From assembly GCF_001194135.2 (NCBI RefSeq), contig NC_068982.1:60392772-60454262 (forward strand): a DNA stretch of 61,491 nucleotides, written 5' to 3'. The notes below the pieces were generated by a model. The model was not told the origin of the DNA. It saw only the letters and a program-made list of their open reading frames with translations, and did not search any database. Position 1 is the stretch's first letter. Each line of letters starts with the position of its first letter. Shown in pieces: positions 36,820 through 50,690 of the stretch. A program made the position numbers and the translations under genes. The DNA is from Octopus bimaculoides. Lineage: Eukaryota.

Positions 36820-37398
36820 CATGTGTGTGTATACATATGTATATATAGTAGCTGAATTACCTGGTATTACCCAGAAAAGTGGGGGACAATTTCAGTTCCC
36901 ATTACACTGTTTCATGTCTGTCTCTTTACTTTTATAGAGACTTTCCTGTTGTTCACATTAAATCCAATTTTGTTATTTGTTCCAGAAAAATTGCAGTAAA
37001 ATGTTACTGGTGTTCAAAGTTTAATCAATTTTACCTAATCAGAAAACAAGATTTGGAAGCTAGTACTTTCTGCATGATAGCTGTCTATCACAAAATGAAA
37101 GCAAAATCATTACAAGGAGGAATTTTTATTTAACAAACGAAAACAAAGCATTACAATGACCAAAGAACCTCTGAAGTTTTAATAAATGAAGTCATGTAAA
37201 ATGGTAGAACAAACATGTAAATAATTCAAAAAGGGAAAAGATCACCAACGAAGTTTTTTTCTGAAAAATTGCCACAAATCTGTCCTGATCAAGAGGGCTG
37301 TCTGTCGGAGAAAGCATGGTCTGACATGCAATAAACAAAAATTTATACAAGACATTGTATTGTAAAAATTGCCCAACAACAACGGGCTATAAAGCTAG

Positions 37399-37400
<2 letters not shown>
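35600..37400 (-). pseudogene. Class-B GPCR pseudogene H
   Basis: LTFLSTVLFICFVHSNMFCSTCFIEILENLDLTHGKCF (TM1 plus PGK-like loop); EVCAIDCFLMLSNLSY*MYICQLQMF (TM3, TAG where Trp is expected); AAGYFR and VFPNLISVFNIT (ECL2/TM5-like); Cys-containing ectodomain text at 36900-37400. Confidence 0.55.
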
Positions 37401-37436
<36 letters not shown>

Positions 37437-38111
37437 NNNNNNNNNNNNNNNNNNNNNNNNNNNNNNNNNNNNNNNNNNNNNNNNNNNNNNNNNNNNNNNN
37501 NNNNNNNNNNNNNNNNNNNNNNNNNNNNNNNNNNNNNNNNNNNNNNNNNNNNNNNNNNNNNNNNNNNNNNNNNNNNNNNNNNNNNNNNNNNNNNNNNNNN
37601 NNNNNNNNNNNNNNNNNNNNNNNNNNNNNNNNNNNNNNNNNNNNNNNNNNNNNNNNNNNNNNNNNNNNNNNNNNNNNNNNNNNNNNNNNNNNNNNNNNNN
37701 NNNNNNNNNNNNNNNNNNNNNNNNNNNNNNNNNNNNNNNNNNNNNNNNNNNNNNNNNNNNNNNNNNNNNNNNNNNNNNNNNNNNNNNNNNNNNNNNNNNN
37801 NNNNNNNNNNNNNNNNNNNNNNNNNNNNNNNNNNNNNNNNNNNNNNNNNNNNNNNNNNNNNNNNNNNNNNNNNNNNNNNNNNNNNNNNNNNNNNNNNNNN
37901 NNNNNNNNNNNNNNNNNNNNNNNNNNNNNNNNNNNNNNNNNNNNNNNNNNNNNNNNNNNNNNNNNNNNNNNNNNNNNNNNNNNNNNNNNNNNNNNNNNNN
38001 NNNNNNNNNNNNNNNNNNNNNNNNNNNNNNNNNNNNNNNNNNNNNNNNNNNNNNNNNNNNNNNNNNNNNNNNNNNNNNNNNNNNNNNNNNNNNNNNNNNN
38101 NNNNNNNNNNN

Positions 38112-38470
38112 TAACCCTAACCCTAACCCTAGGGTTAGAGTTAGGGTTAGAGTTAGGGTTAGGGTTAGGGTTAATTGTTTCAGAATCGTTTGTTTATGTA
38201 GTCGGCGCTTAATGTATATCGGCTGAATGGACGTCAGTGATTGGTTGAAATTACAGAAATACGACAACTTTAACATGGAATAATTTATGGATTTCTTTTT
38301 TTTTTTAAGAAGACTAAGAGAAAAAGATGTTTTATATGACACATTCTACCAGTGTTCCAAGTTTCAAAGTGTTTCGTTAATGAAAAATGTGGCCCCCGTT
38401 TTAAAAAAGATCCTAAATAGATATTAATTAATATCCATTTTTTTTTACCCTAGTGTTTTAATTATATATA
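38112..38470. mobile_element. Repeat with TTAGGG-type arrays, probably Helitron-associated
   Basis: (TAACCC)3-TA-(GGGTTA/GAGTTA)n next to an N-gap, then a CpG-containing complex body ending near CTAG. Confidence 0.45.
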
Positions 38471-38814
38471 TAGAGAGAGAGAGGGGATGGAGAGAGTGGG
38501 CGAGTGAGAGAGAGAGAGAGGGGTGGAGAGAGTGGGCGAGTGAGAGAGAGAGAGAGAGGGGAGAGAGTGGGTGAGTGAGAGAGAGAGAGAGAGAGAAAGA
38601 AATATTAGTAGTACCCTGTGGAAAATTCTAAGATGGAATTGAATATTTTTCTGAACCATTAGAATCTTGAGGTGATGTAAAATTCTTTGTAAGTAGTATT
38701 GAAGTAGTATTGAAGATGCAATGTAAAGAAACAATTCCTCTGAATGTTTTTATATTCTTACATGTAGCTTAAGTTGTGTACTATTTTACAATTTATGTTA
38801 AGAATGAAATAGTT

Positions 38815-38995
38815 TTAGCTATGGAACAAAACCTGGGGGTTCAATTTAAAGACCAAACCTGGCTTAGGACGCATGCCATCTTCGCACCAAAGAATGTGGC
38901 AGTGGATGATTTGAATATCAAGCCCCTGGATCAGCTGCCTGATGAGCGTTGCAGCTACAAGTCAATTGACTCTGTGCTCGACTCCGATGAGCAAA
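38815..38995 (+). mobile_element. Helitron PIF1-like helicase fragment
   Basis: FKDQTWLRTHAIFAPKNVAVDDLNIKPLDQLPDERCSYKSIDSVLDSDE matches the Helitron helicase segment WL..RAILAPKN..V..IN.....LP....Y.SID. Confidence 0.8.
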
Positions 38996-39324
38996 ACCTA
39001 AAATGTAGTATATCAAGAGACTCTGCAAAATTGATAATAATCAATCATCAATCATTTCATAGTCACACATCGTCAATCCTCTCGTCCTTCCAGCCATCCA
39101 CCAATTCAAATTTGATATTACCTTACCATTACAATCAATCAATTTTATGATTTAACTGTATTACTTGCCAGTATTTGTAAACTTATCACACATCAGCGTC
39201 TATTTGTAAATTTGTTTCTAATTTAAATGAGAACTGAACGGGGAACAGGATAAGACATGAAACAGTATAGCAGGAACTGGAAATAACCCCCACTTTTCCG
39301 GATATTACCAGATAATTCAGCTAG

Positions 39325-39371
<47 letters not shown>

Positions 39372-42300
39372 AGGAGAAATTCCAACCACATTTCGTGGTT
39401 CACTAACTCAACAGCTCCTTTATGGATTCAGTGGCTAAAGACATCATCAGAAGGAACCACGTCCAGTTTCGGCCCCTACTCCTCTACCGTTTTCGACATG
39501 GTGCCATCCCCTCCTTTCAGAGGTGTCTTCAGCTCTGGTGTTGAGTGCGTTTCTTCTTTCTCCTTTTTTCTTTTGTTTTTTCGATGCAGCGTCAACGAAT
39601 GTCATCGGGCAAATAACCATCCTGCCAAATTTCCTTATAAATACTTGCCGGTAGGCTCCAGCAGCCACTGTCTAAGCTTCAACTGACCAATGGAGGGGAA
39701 GGGTGCCCTTCTAAACCTGCTTTCCAACAGCGTTATGTTAGTTTCAGTTCCTGCAGCCAGAGCCAACCAGCCGTTTGGTGGTACAAACCTTCGAACCAGG
39801 AGGAGGGCGCGCTATGAACGAGATCGCTACATTGGCCCACCTGTCAATCAGCGATGCTGCTTAAGTGTCAGTCAGCCTCAACTAGCGGCGCTATTTCCCA
39901 ATCGGCATGTTATAGCTTTCAGCCATGTATGTAGAAGCTGGCTTTTTCGACTGCCTCCTGTAACCTCCTTATTACTTTTCTCAGCTCTGAGCTTGAAAAT
40001 GCAACCCTTCTTTAAATAACGTCGTCATTTTCCTTTCAATGAAGCCTCTAACCACCACTGCCAGGTGGTAATACTCGACAGTCCATCCCTGTACTCTGTA
40101 CTCTTCGATTAATTTTTTATACTTCTTCTCCTTCCGTTGTTCTGCATTAGCGATGTTCTCTTCCCATGGCACTGTCAGCTCTTGCAAAATTCCAATTCTC
40201 CATTCTGTGTTGCATAGGATTAAGTCCGGTCTATTTGTTGTTTTTATGAGTGGAAATATTAACAGTTTCCAAATCCGCGGCCAGCTCCCAGTATCTTCCA
40301 TCTTTCGTCTGTCTCGTATATTTTATTTGAAGGCCTGGCCTTATGTCGTTTTCCCTCCTTCTGGAAGTATATTTTTCCGTGCTTTTCCACTTTTGGATAT
40401 TCTCCCCTATTACATCCCTCAATCTTCTCCTTGAGTGCTGCGCTTATGACACCAAGGACTTGATTGTGATGCCATGTATATCTGTCTAGTGCTAGTCTGC
40501 AGTTTCATACAACATGTCTCACCGCCGCTTTCTCTCCGTATCTACATTCATAAGTTGTTTGTATGTTCCACTGGACTAAATTCGCCGGTGAAGGCAAAAC
40601 GTCGGAGGTAGACTTGATCAGGAAAGATGTCCTTGCTTGTTCCCAAGCCCAAAGTTCCTTCCATGAGATTCTGCGACTGACTACATATTCCTCCCCTCTC
40701 CGGCACTGTCTCTGTTGACTACATTGCACCAAATGTACACTTCGCCCTTCTTCTTCCTCCTTTCTCCCTTCGTGTTCCACTGCCTCTTTCACCTCTTTTA
40801 CATTGCTCATGCAAAATGGCTTGAAATTGTGCAACCCTAGATCAGCTCTTGCTTCTTGCGTTGCTCTGATTATATCTGCATGCCTTAGCTTTCCCATCAC
40901 CCTGTTTACTGCCTCTTCCGCTTTCCATTTCCTCCCTGTTTTGATCTTTCAAATACCTTAGCATCATTACTGTCCTTGCCTTTCCTGCCTTATATTCTTC
41001 AGCGACTGATGTTATCGGTAGTTGCAGCACTGGTTTCTCCATATAGTGCAGTTATATTCAGTGGTTTTGGAAGACCAAACCATTTTCTGATAAACACACT
41101 GCATCTTTGTTCCATCCTTTCTACTCTACACGAGGCTATTTCGTACATTTGCAATGGCCACATTGTCCTTAAGTACAGTCCAACTTGCAGTATCCAACAT
41201 TTAGATTTCTTCAGTAATGTTGTTCTGTCAATTGCCATTAATCCTTGTTCCACTAAATCGTGTGTTTCTTTGCTTTGCTTCTTATCATTTAGTAAATCTC
41301 TGTACCATCTGCCGAAACTCTTCACTGGTTGTTCTTTCACCGTTGGCATATCTTCACCTCCTATCCTGAATTTCACTTTTTTTTTGACTCCTTTCACAAA
41401 AGCCACGCTTCAAGATATTTTGGCTTTGAATTTCATTTTCGCCCATCCTATTAGTTCGTCCAACCACTCTAACGTTCCATCTCCTGCTTCTCTACTTTCT
41501 GATAATACAGTAGCATCGTCCATAAAAACCCTTAATGGTGTCTTTGTAACAGATTTCTCACTGTTTGTTGATCTTAGTAACATCTCCATGACTAGCACAA
41601 ATAAGATGACTGATATCGAGCATTCAGTTGCAATACCTACTTCAAGCTGTTGCCACTCCGTTGTGAACTTTCCTGCTGTAAATCACATCCTCAAATTATC
41701 GTAGTAACACAACAGCATTCGTTGAACATCTTCCGGAATCCAAAAGAAGTCCATAGCTGCTTGAATTAGTACGTGTGCAACAGATCCATATGCATTGGCA
41801 AGATCTAGCCATACGATGTACAGGTTTTTCTTCAGTTGTTTTGTACAGTTGATAGCTCCCCAGATGGCAAATGCATGTTCTATGCACTCAAGGATTCCAG
41901 GGATCCCTGCCTTTTGGATTACTTCATTAACATATCCGTTATGCTGTACGAATCTTATGATTCATCTGGCAATAATTCCAAACATGATTTTCCCATCGGT
42001 ATTTGATAGTTAAATGGGTCTGAATTGCCCTAGTGTTTTTGCCTCCTTCTCTTTAGGTAAATAGATACCTTCAGCTATACACCATCGCTCTGCTACGTCT
42101 TTCTTCTTCCACATTTCCCTTACCTGTGCACACAGTTGTAAGCGCAATTGTAGCTAACTCCATCATTCCCTGGTGAACTTTCTGCTCTTGCTTTTCTAAT
42201 GAACTCATCCATTTCTTTCCATCTGATGTCACTCGAATCGAATGGTACCTTTGGTTTCAGGTGGTTTCTTCAGCCTGTGCATTTCTGGGAGTACTTTATT

Positions 42301-42375
42301 TCTATCAGCATCGCTGTATGTCCCTTCAAGATGGTGTTTGAGCTCTTCTTTAGTGCAATCCAATCTTCCACTCAT
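39372..42375 (-). mobile_element. HERO-like RLE non-LTR retrotransposon, 5'-truncated and frameshifted
   Basis: RT: IQKAGIPG..ECIEH, VWLDLANAYGSV.H, QLEVGIAT.C.IS.ILFVL.ME, FMDD. Later SWKELW.....R.SFLIKST.DVLPSPANL..W; endonuclease RPDL.L.......LQELTVPWEENI..AE.RK..KY..L.EE....GW; 3' non-coding tail abutting (CA)n/(TA)n. Confidence 0.85.
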
Positions 42376-44989
42376 ACTTTCAGTAAACAATTTTTTTGTA
42401 AATTCTTAAATATATCTCCTTCTGTATATAGATATAGTATAAAACAAAACACGATTTTTATTGAACTCAAAATACTTATTGTATTCCCTTTCTTGAATCC
42501 TTTCATGTAAACTGTTTTTAACATTTTCTTAGTATGATCAAAAACTTTATTTTAATACTTTTGTGCTAACCATTTCTTAACACAGCAAAGCTTATACAAA
42601 GCTCTACATTTTACTTTTGATAATCTTTTGCTAAAAAAGTGAAACTGGTCAAATCAATAAACATCTCTAAAAGACCTTTGCATTTTCAAACCTTCTTTCA
42701 TATATATTTTCAGTCATGTGGTACTTTACAACTTTACTTTGTTATATATATATATATATATATATGTTATGTAGAAGTGTGTGTGTGTAAATGACTTCCA
42801 TAAAGTTTACAGCTTTCAGATTTCACTTGCACAGCATTGATCAACTTGAGATCCTGATATTATAGTACCACAAGGTACCACACATTGGGTTAGCACTCAA
42901 AACCATGTAGTTTCAAAGTTAGCACATTTAATTAAACAGTTAATTATAACAATTGCTTGTGATAAAAATTTCAGAAAATTATTTCCAATTCCAAGTTGGT
43001 CTATCAGATGAAATTATAATTGTTCTATGTCACAAAATACATTTGCTCAGTATTTCCTTATTCTTGGAGATTAACAGCAATTTGTTCATGCTATTGTAGC
43101 AAGGCCTAGAATCAAAATCTTACAATGTTAATAACTAGGTCTAGACCACACTCAGGTCAGGCACTGTATCCTGGTCATTAACCAGTCAACTAGCTGGAAT
43201 ATCACCACATATCAGAGAATTTGCAATTTTATTCCCGTAGTTCCCATGCTTTTGTGGTTATATAAGCAAAAAGCATGTAAATAAATCAAAGCAGTACTTT
43301 AAAAGGACAAGTAACAAATCCTTTATACCAGCAAGTTCTCCTTGGCTGAAGCTCAGCCTTGAGTTAAAAGGATCCTTCAACTAGGATAGTCCTTCAACTA
43401 GAATGGTCAATGCATTATTCTTGCCTTTCATGCCATGCTAATCCTTTTTGTTAGTAATGTTATTACAAACTATAATCACCTATAGCACCCCACTTTACAC
43501 AACTGAAAAGCCACAATTAAAATTTTATGTATTGTAATAAACTTTCATAAAAATGCTATTTCAACAACGTTCAAAGCTGGTCTATTATAGGACAACACAG
43601 CTAAACTTCATACCAATCAATAAATATACATCCAACCAGCCTAACACTATTATTAGAAAATTACAAAAGACAATTCTGTTGATGCTTAAGAGTTTTAACT
43701 GATAATTAGTTCTTTTACTAATTAACTGATAGTTAACTATCCAAGAATCTGGCTATGCATAAGGTTTTAAATAGTTTTAGAACTTTAGAAAGAAAAAATG
43801 TTTTTCAATATACATATAGCTGTGTTCAGGCTGATATTTCCAGCAAATATATCTGATAAACTCCTTCCTTACATAGATATGGAGAAAGAATATTGGCAGT
43901 TGTTCATATATCTTCTAGTAAATTTAAAATTAAAATTGTTCAGTAGCTAAGTGTTATGTTTTCAGTACTTTGAGTTCACGGGTTCAAGATAAAAGCTTAT
44001 CTGCTAAAAAAGAAATGTATTAAAGAAAATGCTTTGAATAGAGATATGAAGAAAATTTCAATTTATTACGAACTTCACGTGAATGTCATTCAGTACATCT
44101 CTACATATTTGATTTACCTCCACATATGCCACTTGGTTGGTTTATGTCAATTATTTGCTTTAACTCAGTTTTATTTTTAATTATGCAAATTACTACTCAC
44201 CAAAGATTATTTGTAACTCTTTTTCTATATGTAAAGGTCTATGTTTATTGATCAAATAAGTTTGTGTTGTATATGCTTCACTAATGAGGTTCAATAAAAT
44301 TGAAACTTCTGTTGCTGTCACAATCCCAGCTAACCACGACTAAATTATATCTTAAATATAACAAGTAACTTTTTTTTAATTAATTCTTAATTTATTGAAA
44401 TTACATATTTCCTTTCTTTCATGAGTCACTAATGGATACCTAGACATTTTTTTGTTTTCTTTCTCCAACTAAATGGAAAATTTCAATACATCAAGAATGT
44501 TATGACATATATCATTCAGTACAACCATACATATTTTATTTATCTTAATACATGTCATTGGTTGATTTGAATTATTTTTCCGTTAACTCAATTTTGTTTT
44601 ATGCTTTTTTTTATGTCGAATATTACCAACCAAGGAACGTTTTCTATTGATTGCTTTGCCATAATAATAATAATAATAATAATTATAATAATAATTAATC
44701 GATGAAACTTTTCACTCATTGACAGATACTTCAGATTATAAGAAATTCAAACAATTGGCTATTTATCACACTTCATGAGATCTATAATATATTGATTGCT
44801 AGATTTTAATCATAATATAAAAATATTTGGCATATAAATATCCCTTTCAACTATCCCCATGCCACAATAACTATCTACATGGAATTAAAAATCCCACACA
44901 CAGTATTGTTCTATCATCTAAATCTAAGCATCTGCAGGTAAATATATATTTGGAAAAGGAAAATTATTCCATGTAGACAATGGTTTGTA

Positions 44990-45900
44990 GCCTCTTATAG
45001 AAGTTCATTTCTCTGGTAGAGTGGAGACAAATGTAGATAATAGTAACCCCCACCTGACTTCATCAAATGTCTCTTCTTTGTACATTGCACCTGTCAAAGT
45101 GTTGTTCTGCATGACATTAGGGTCATCTGCACCAGGGATGCTAATGCCAGTTCTGTTCAGTATAGATATCATATTCAGTGATGCTGTCAGCATGAAATCT
45201 CTGTATTTCATCATCATTTCTTATTGCTGTCAAAGGATTTTGGTTTGAACCTTGATTTGTCCATAAAGAATGCTGAAGTCCAGTCTAGCATTGTCAAGTA
45301 CTCTGTCTGCTAAGTTATGCTATTCTTACTTACATAAATAGCTTTTTGAATGCCAATATCTATATATCAATGCAACCTATTCTCCTGAACACAGCTAAGA
45401 ACAGTTTGGTCAGAATTCTCACCTTTATGTCATGAAGATAACCTGAAGAGAATAGAGAAAGTCTTTGGAACCACTGTTGGTTGGTTGTGCAGCATTAGAA
45501 ATCTGTCATATAACTAATTTGGATGGAGTCTTTTCTGTATTTTCACACTACTATAGTTTACTTTCTGACTTTCTATTTTCAAAGATGACATCTTGGCCAA
45601 TTTCAGGGTCAAATGTGATGTGTTCTTACGTAGTCTTATTCTATATATTATTCTGAAGCAATGACAGCTTTTTGGAATGTTTAATATATCTTTTACAATT
45701 TGGATCATAGCCTGAACATTTAGATATTTCATAAGTGTAAAATAATTGTGTGAATTAAATAATTAATAAAATATCTATTGTAATTTGGATAAAAATAAAA
45801 ATAAGCAATTATTTTCACATAAATTATTTGAGCAAATTTTTTTTTTCCCATCATCATTTTTGTTAAGATATTTTTCAACTTTATTCTTCAAATATTTTTA
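44990..45900 (+). pseudogene. Class-B GPCR pseudogene I
   Basis: IIFSDAVSMKSLYFIIISYCCQRILV*TLICP*RMLKSSLALS (TM1 S...L....TYC plus loop/TM2); FSVFSHYYSLLSDFLFSKMT (TM3 HY..L..F). Confidence 0.5.
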
Positions 45901-46365
45901 AAAACAATTATGGATATAAAAAGATATTGCATTTTTATATTGTGAGAAAATAAAGCAGAAGGCAGGCTTTTTATGTTTATAGTTTTTTTTTACTTTTATT
46001 TAATTCTCTATTGTTGTATTTTAGTGTTTGTTTGCTGTTGAAAGGATGTTCTTTTGTGACCACTTGAATCCTTCATCTTTTATCAGTTATTTGTTTCAGT
46101 CACTAAACTGCGGCCATTCTGGGGCACCACCTTGAAGAATTTTTAGTTGAATGAACCAATCCCAGCACCTATAATTTTTTATAGCTTGGTACTTATTCTA
46201 TTGGTCTGAACCACTAAGTTAAGGGGATGTAAACACACCAACACCAATTTTCAAGTCATGGTAGGGACAAGCACATTCACACACACATATGTATACATAT
46301 ACCCATTAAAGTCCTATGTTCTAGTGTGTGTGTGTTTAAGTATGTGTGTAGGTGTTATATGTATA

Positions 46366-46481
<116 letters not shown>

Positions 46482-46658
46482 TAAGTAGCAAGAATACTGG
46501 AGATTCAGTAAACAACACGTGGTGAAATTATGAGTTGAAAAGATGTAAAGAAAAATGAAGAAAAATGCCTTCATTTCGCATTGTTTAATATTTTTTTATA
46601 TAAATATATACATATTAAATGGGTGTTGTAAAATCCTCTAAATATCTTTTCCAGTTTT

Positions 46659-46791
46659 CTATTATATAGTGGTGGAATGGTGGTCCAAATTTTTGGAGTG
46701 AGAGTTCATACAAGGTAGATTCAAAGTAACCCATTATTGTATGAACTCTCACTCCAAAAATTTGGACTACCATTCCACCACTATATAATAG
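46659..46791. repeat. Near-perfect inverted repeat (foldback/MITE-like)
   Basis: 55-bp arms 46659-46713 and 46737-46791, one mismatch, 23-nt spacer; right arm runs into an N-gap. Confidence 0.95.
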
Positions 46792-47199
46792 NNNNNNNNN
46801 NNNNNNNNNNNNNNNNNNNNNNNNNNNNNNNNNNNNNNNNNNNNNNNNNNNNNNNNNNNNNNNNNNNNNNNNNNNNNNNNNNNNNNNNNNNNNNNNNNNN
46901 NNNNNNNNNNNNNNNNNNNNNNNNNNNNNNNNNNNNNNNNNNNNNNNNNNNNNNNNNNNNNNNNNNNNNNNNNNNNNNNNNNNNNNNNNNNNNNNNNNNN
47001 NNNNNNNNNNNNNNNNNNNNNNNNNNNNNNNNNNNNNNNNNNNNNNNNNNNNNNNNNNNNNNNNNNNNNNNNNNNNNNNNNNNNNNNNNATATATATATA
47101 TATATACATACATACATGTATGTATATATATATATACATACATTATGCATACACAGCATATTCACACATTATATATGTATGTGTATTCAATCACTCACA

Positions 47200-48100
47200 G
47201 AAACAGAATAATAACTGAAGGACTTTGTAGCAAACTATAGAATACCATTAATTACTACCATTTTATGTCAAAACCATTGTTTTGCAAAGACTAGAATAAT
47301 GAATTAGCAGAGATGACAGAGTGCCAGGCAAAATATCTTGCCGTATATATTTATATGCCTTTATGTTCTGAGCTCAAATTGTACCACCATTAATTTTGCT
47401 TTACATCTAGTCATGATAAACTAAATAGTCATTATACTTGGGCCAATTTAATTGACTACACCCATCCTACAAATGTTTGGCAATTTAACAAATTATCTTT
47501 TTCATAAAAAGCATGAATGTAGTTTAGTTGCTTGTGTACTAGACAATAAACAGAAGACTGACACTGCAGATCATGTCACCAGCACTCTGGCATGTCCATA
47601 AACTAAACAATTAACTCCCGTGGCCCATTCTCTTTTATATAAAGTAGTCACTTATATTGCTCACTACTATCAATTAACAGCCTTGTTCTGATTGAATAAA
47701 GCATGCCTTCAAAAATGAATGTCCTACACATGCAGTGATTATGAAGCAAAGTGTTTTTTCATTCACTACTACAACCTTAAGCTGTACTAAGGAATTGAAG
47801 AACAATTCATTCACCAGCAGTACTAAATTCAATTCCTTCAGCAAGAAAATGCACCTATAATGGACTTCCAGTTTAAAAGGAGAGTTATGTAACATTTACT
47901 GAATGGTATGGAAACCTGAGATAAAAACTAGTTCAATGAATCCTTGGGATTCAGTAATGAAATTAGCCCAGCCATTTATTGCTACTATTCAGTAAACAAC
48001 TCCATAAGCTGACATTTCCTTTATCTATTTAGCTATTGGTTACCTTTTTTTTAATTTTTACAACTTCAGTTTTCAGAGATCATTCTATGCTATTCTAAAG
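47200..48100 (-). pseudogene. Class-B GPCR pseudogene J
   Basis: KTLCFIITACVGHSFLKACF (TM3 C.II....H.F..A.F), CLVYGHARVLVT (TM4), HSCFL (ECL2 Cys), VVN*IGPSIMTI (TM5 GP); TM1-like VSIPFSKCYITLLL upstream. Confidence 0.55.
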
Positions 48101-50329
48101 TCCATAAATGATTGATTCCTTAAAATTCATAAACATGTTTTAACACTTCACATTTAAAGATAAATGAATTTCTTAATAATTCAGATTTTAATCTATACTA
48201 TGTGTATCAACCTAGTAATGTATTTAAAAATTTCTAAATAGTAAAGGAATATTAAATTACAAGTGAAAATGACGATAATAAATTACCTAATAATTTAAAA
48301 CCTACTCACATTAATGACAAATTTTTCAACTCATAGAAAAATAACAAAAGTAATTATTTAAAATTATTTCTTTTCTCATGACAGATATATCAAATCTTGA
48401 ACATTATATGTATCAGTTTAAGAGGCAAAACACAAAACAAACTGTCTTGCTATTTATTACTGTACAATTCTCATTAAAAATAAAAATACAAAAATATTTA
48501 TGTCTTTGGGAATTTAAAGCAAAATTGTTTAGAAATAAAAAAAAAACCAACAACATTGATAAACACACTATTTGTTCTTTCTTATCTGTCAACAACCGAT
48601 ATATCTACCCCAAATCTCTCCAAGAATGCAACTTTTCTGCAGATAAATAATAATAGTAAAAAAACAAAAAAAAAACAACAGCAAGACATAAAAGATTCCC
48701 CTCAAAAATAATAAAAGGGTGGGGAGAAAAATATTTCAAATCTACTATAAGAAGTGAAATATGTAATGGAATAGGTGAAGCATTGAAGCAATATTGTTTC
48801 ATTGTACATCTATTTCATGCATATTTTTCAATAGGCAGTTACTCAATAAATCAGAATATTCCTTTAATCCATCAAATAGCTGAAGTATCTTTATAACCAC
48901 TAATAATTCTAAAGAAAATAAACACACTGTCTTATTTTTTTAATTGAAATTAATACTCTGTATCTTTATAAAATTACATTGTTTTAATATTTTAATCCAC
49001 CCTTTCCAACTTTTTTGTTCTCACCTAATATGGGCTGAATGGAGATAAAGGGTTTGATATTTACTTATAAGTAGATGGGACAATGGTTTTACTGACCTCT
49101 ATTTCAATTACTCATTTGTAAATTTAGAGATTTCACACTTAAGAATTTAAACTGGCATATCTGGCCCATATATTCTATCTGTTTTATGTTCAAAGCAGCC
49201 AGATCTGGCTTCCCAAATCTAATTTACGATATCATTCTAAAATTAAAAAGCAATCCTATCATTAAAATCTCGAAGGTATGAAATAATATATGATTAATTC
49301 AAAACAATGTGAATAAATAAACATCGCATTTGACAGAGAATCTGAATGCTAAAGGGTTAAGCCTATCTATACTGAAGTCAGAAGCAATATAATAGGGTAG
49401 ATGGTTTGCAATGGAATGATAAATAAAGTCTGATATATTAGATAAACTTCTATAAGTGCAGGAGTGGCTGTGTGGTAAGAAGCTTGCTTCCCAACCACAT
49501 AGTTCCAGGTACAGTCCTACTACATGGTACCTTGGGCAAATGTTTTCTACCAAAGCCTTGTGAGTGGATTTGGGAGATGGAAACTGAAAGAAGCTCATTG
49601 TATATATATATATATATTTTGCGTCTGTGTTTGTCCCCTCACCATTGCTTGACAACTGATGTTGGTGTGTTTACATTCATTTGACTTAGCAGTTTGGCAA
49701 AAGACTCTGACAGAACAAATACTCGGTTTACAAAGAATAAGTCCTGAGGTCCATTTGTTCAAGTAAAGGTAGTGCTCCAGCATAGCCACAGTCAAATGAC
49801 TAAAACAAGTAAAAGAATAAAAGAATACCATGGTGAGAGGGAAGTACTTACACTTTGAGTAGGACATTTTGAAGAAAAAGAATTGAAAGGTTATAGATTT
49901 GTATTATCAAACAGATTTGTATTTGTGCACCCAGACAAGGAAGAACAGCACCCAAAACACTTAAGCACGTTCATTACAATATTTCCTTCGAAATACATTG
50001 CTTTAATTTCTGTTAGTTTATAAAATAATTAATAATATCCCCACTCCCTCTCCCAGCTGAGTGGTCTTTGTCTTGTAGATGCTGGTGTCACACAAAATGC
50101 ATTCGTGCTGGTGCCATGTAAAAAGCACCCATGCCGGTAGCATGTAAAAACTACCCAGCACTTTCTGTATAGTGGTTGGCATTAGGAAGGGCATCCAATC
50201 ATAAAAATCATGTCAAAACAGATAAAAGGAGCCTGGACAGCTCTCCAGTTGGCCAGCTCCTGTGAAACTGTCCAACCCATGCCAGAATGGAAAACAAACA
50301 CTAAACTATGATGATGATGATGAATCTAG

Positions 50330-50690
50330 TAAAATCACTGTTTTTAATATAAAGTTAGTGTTAGGAAAATGAATAAGCATGAGATCATGCTAGAGGATTT
50401 TAATTTAGAATTTTTTAAGACATAATTTTCATATCATCGAACCAGTGGCAAGTCTTAAGCAGATTGACATCAAAAGGGTTAAAGGGCCTCCAAGAGAGTG
50501 AAAAAAAAATTATCTCCAGACCACAAACCTTCCAAAATGCTTGTAACAGAGTGAATTCTGCTAAAGTCTACCAAGGCCCACGTGGTAATGTTAAATCAAG
50601 TGATATACTTAGTCTGCCACTCAAGAACAGGAGCAATACTTCTGATATGCTGCCACAGTTTCTGGTGACCAAATTTCACTCATAAAGATT
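50330..50690 (-). pseudogene. Class-B GPCR remnant K
   Basis: CGSISEVLLLFLSGRLSISLDLTLPRGPW*TLAEFTLLQAFW resembles TM1-LRTLPG-TM2. Short and tentative. Confidence 0.3.

Noticed and set aside
38470-38600. GA-rich ~36-bp tandem units as a CRISPR-like or regulatory array
   Set aside because: Eukaryotic (GA)n-derived minisatellite without unique spacers.
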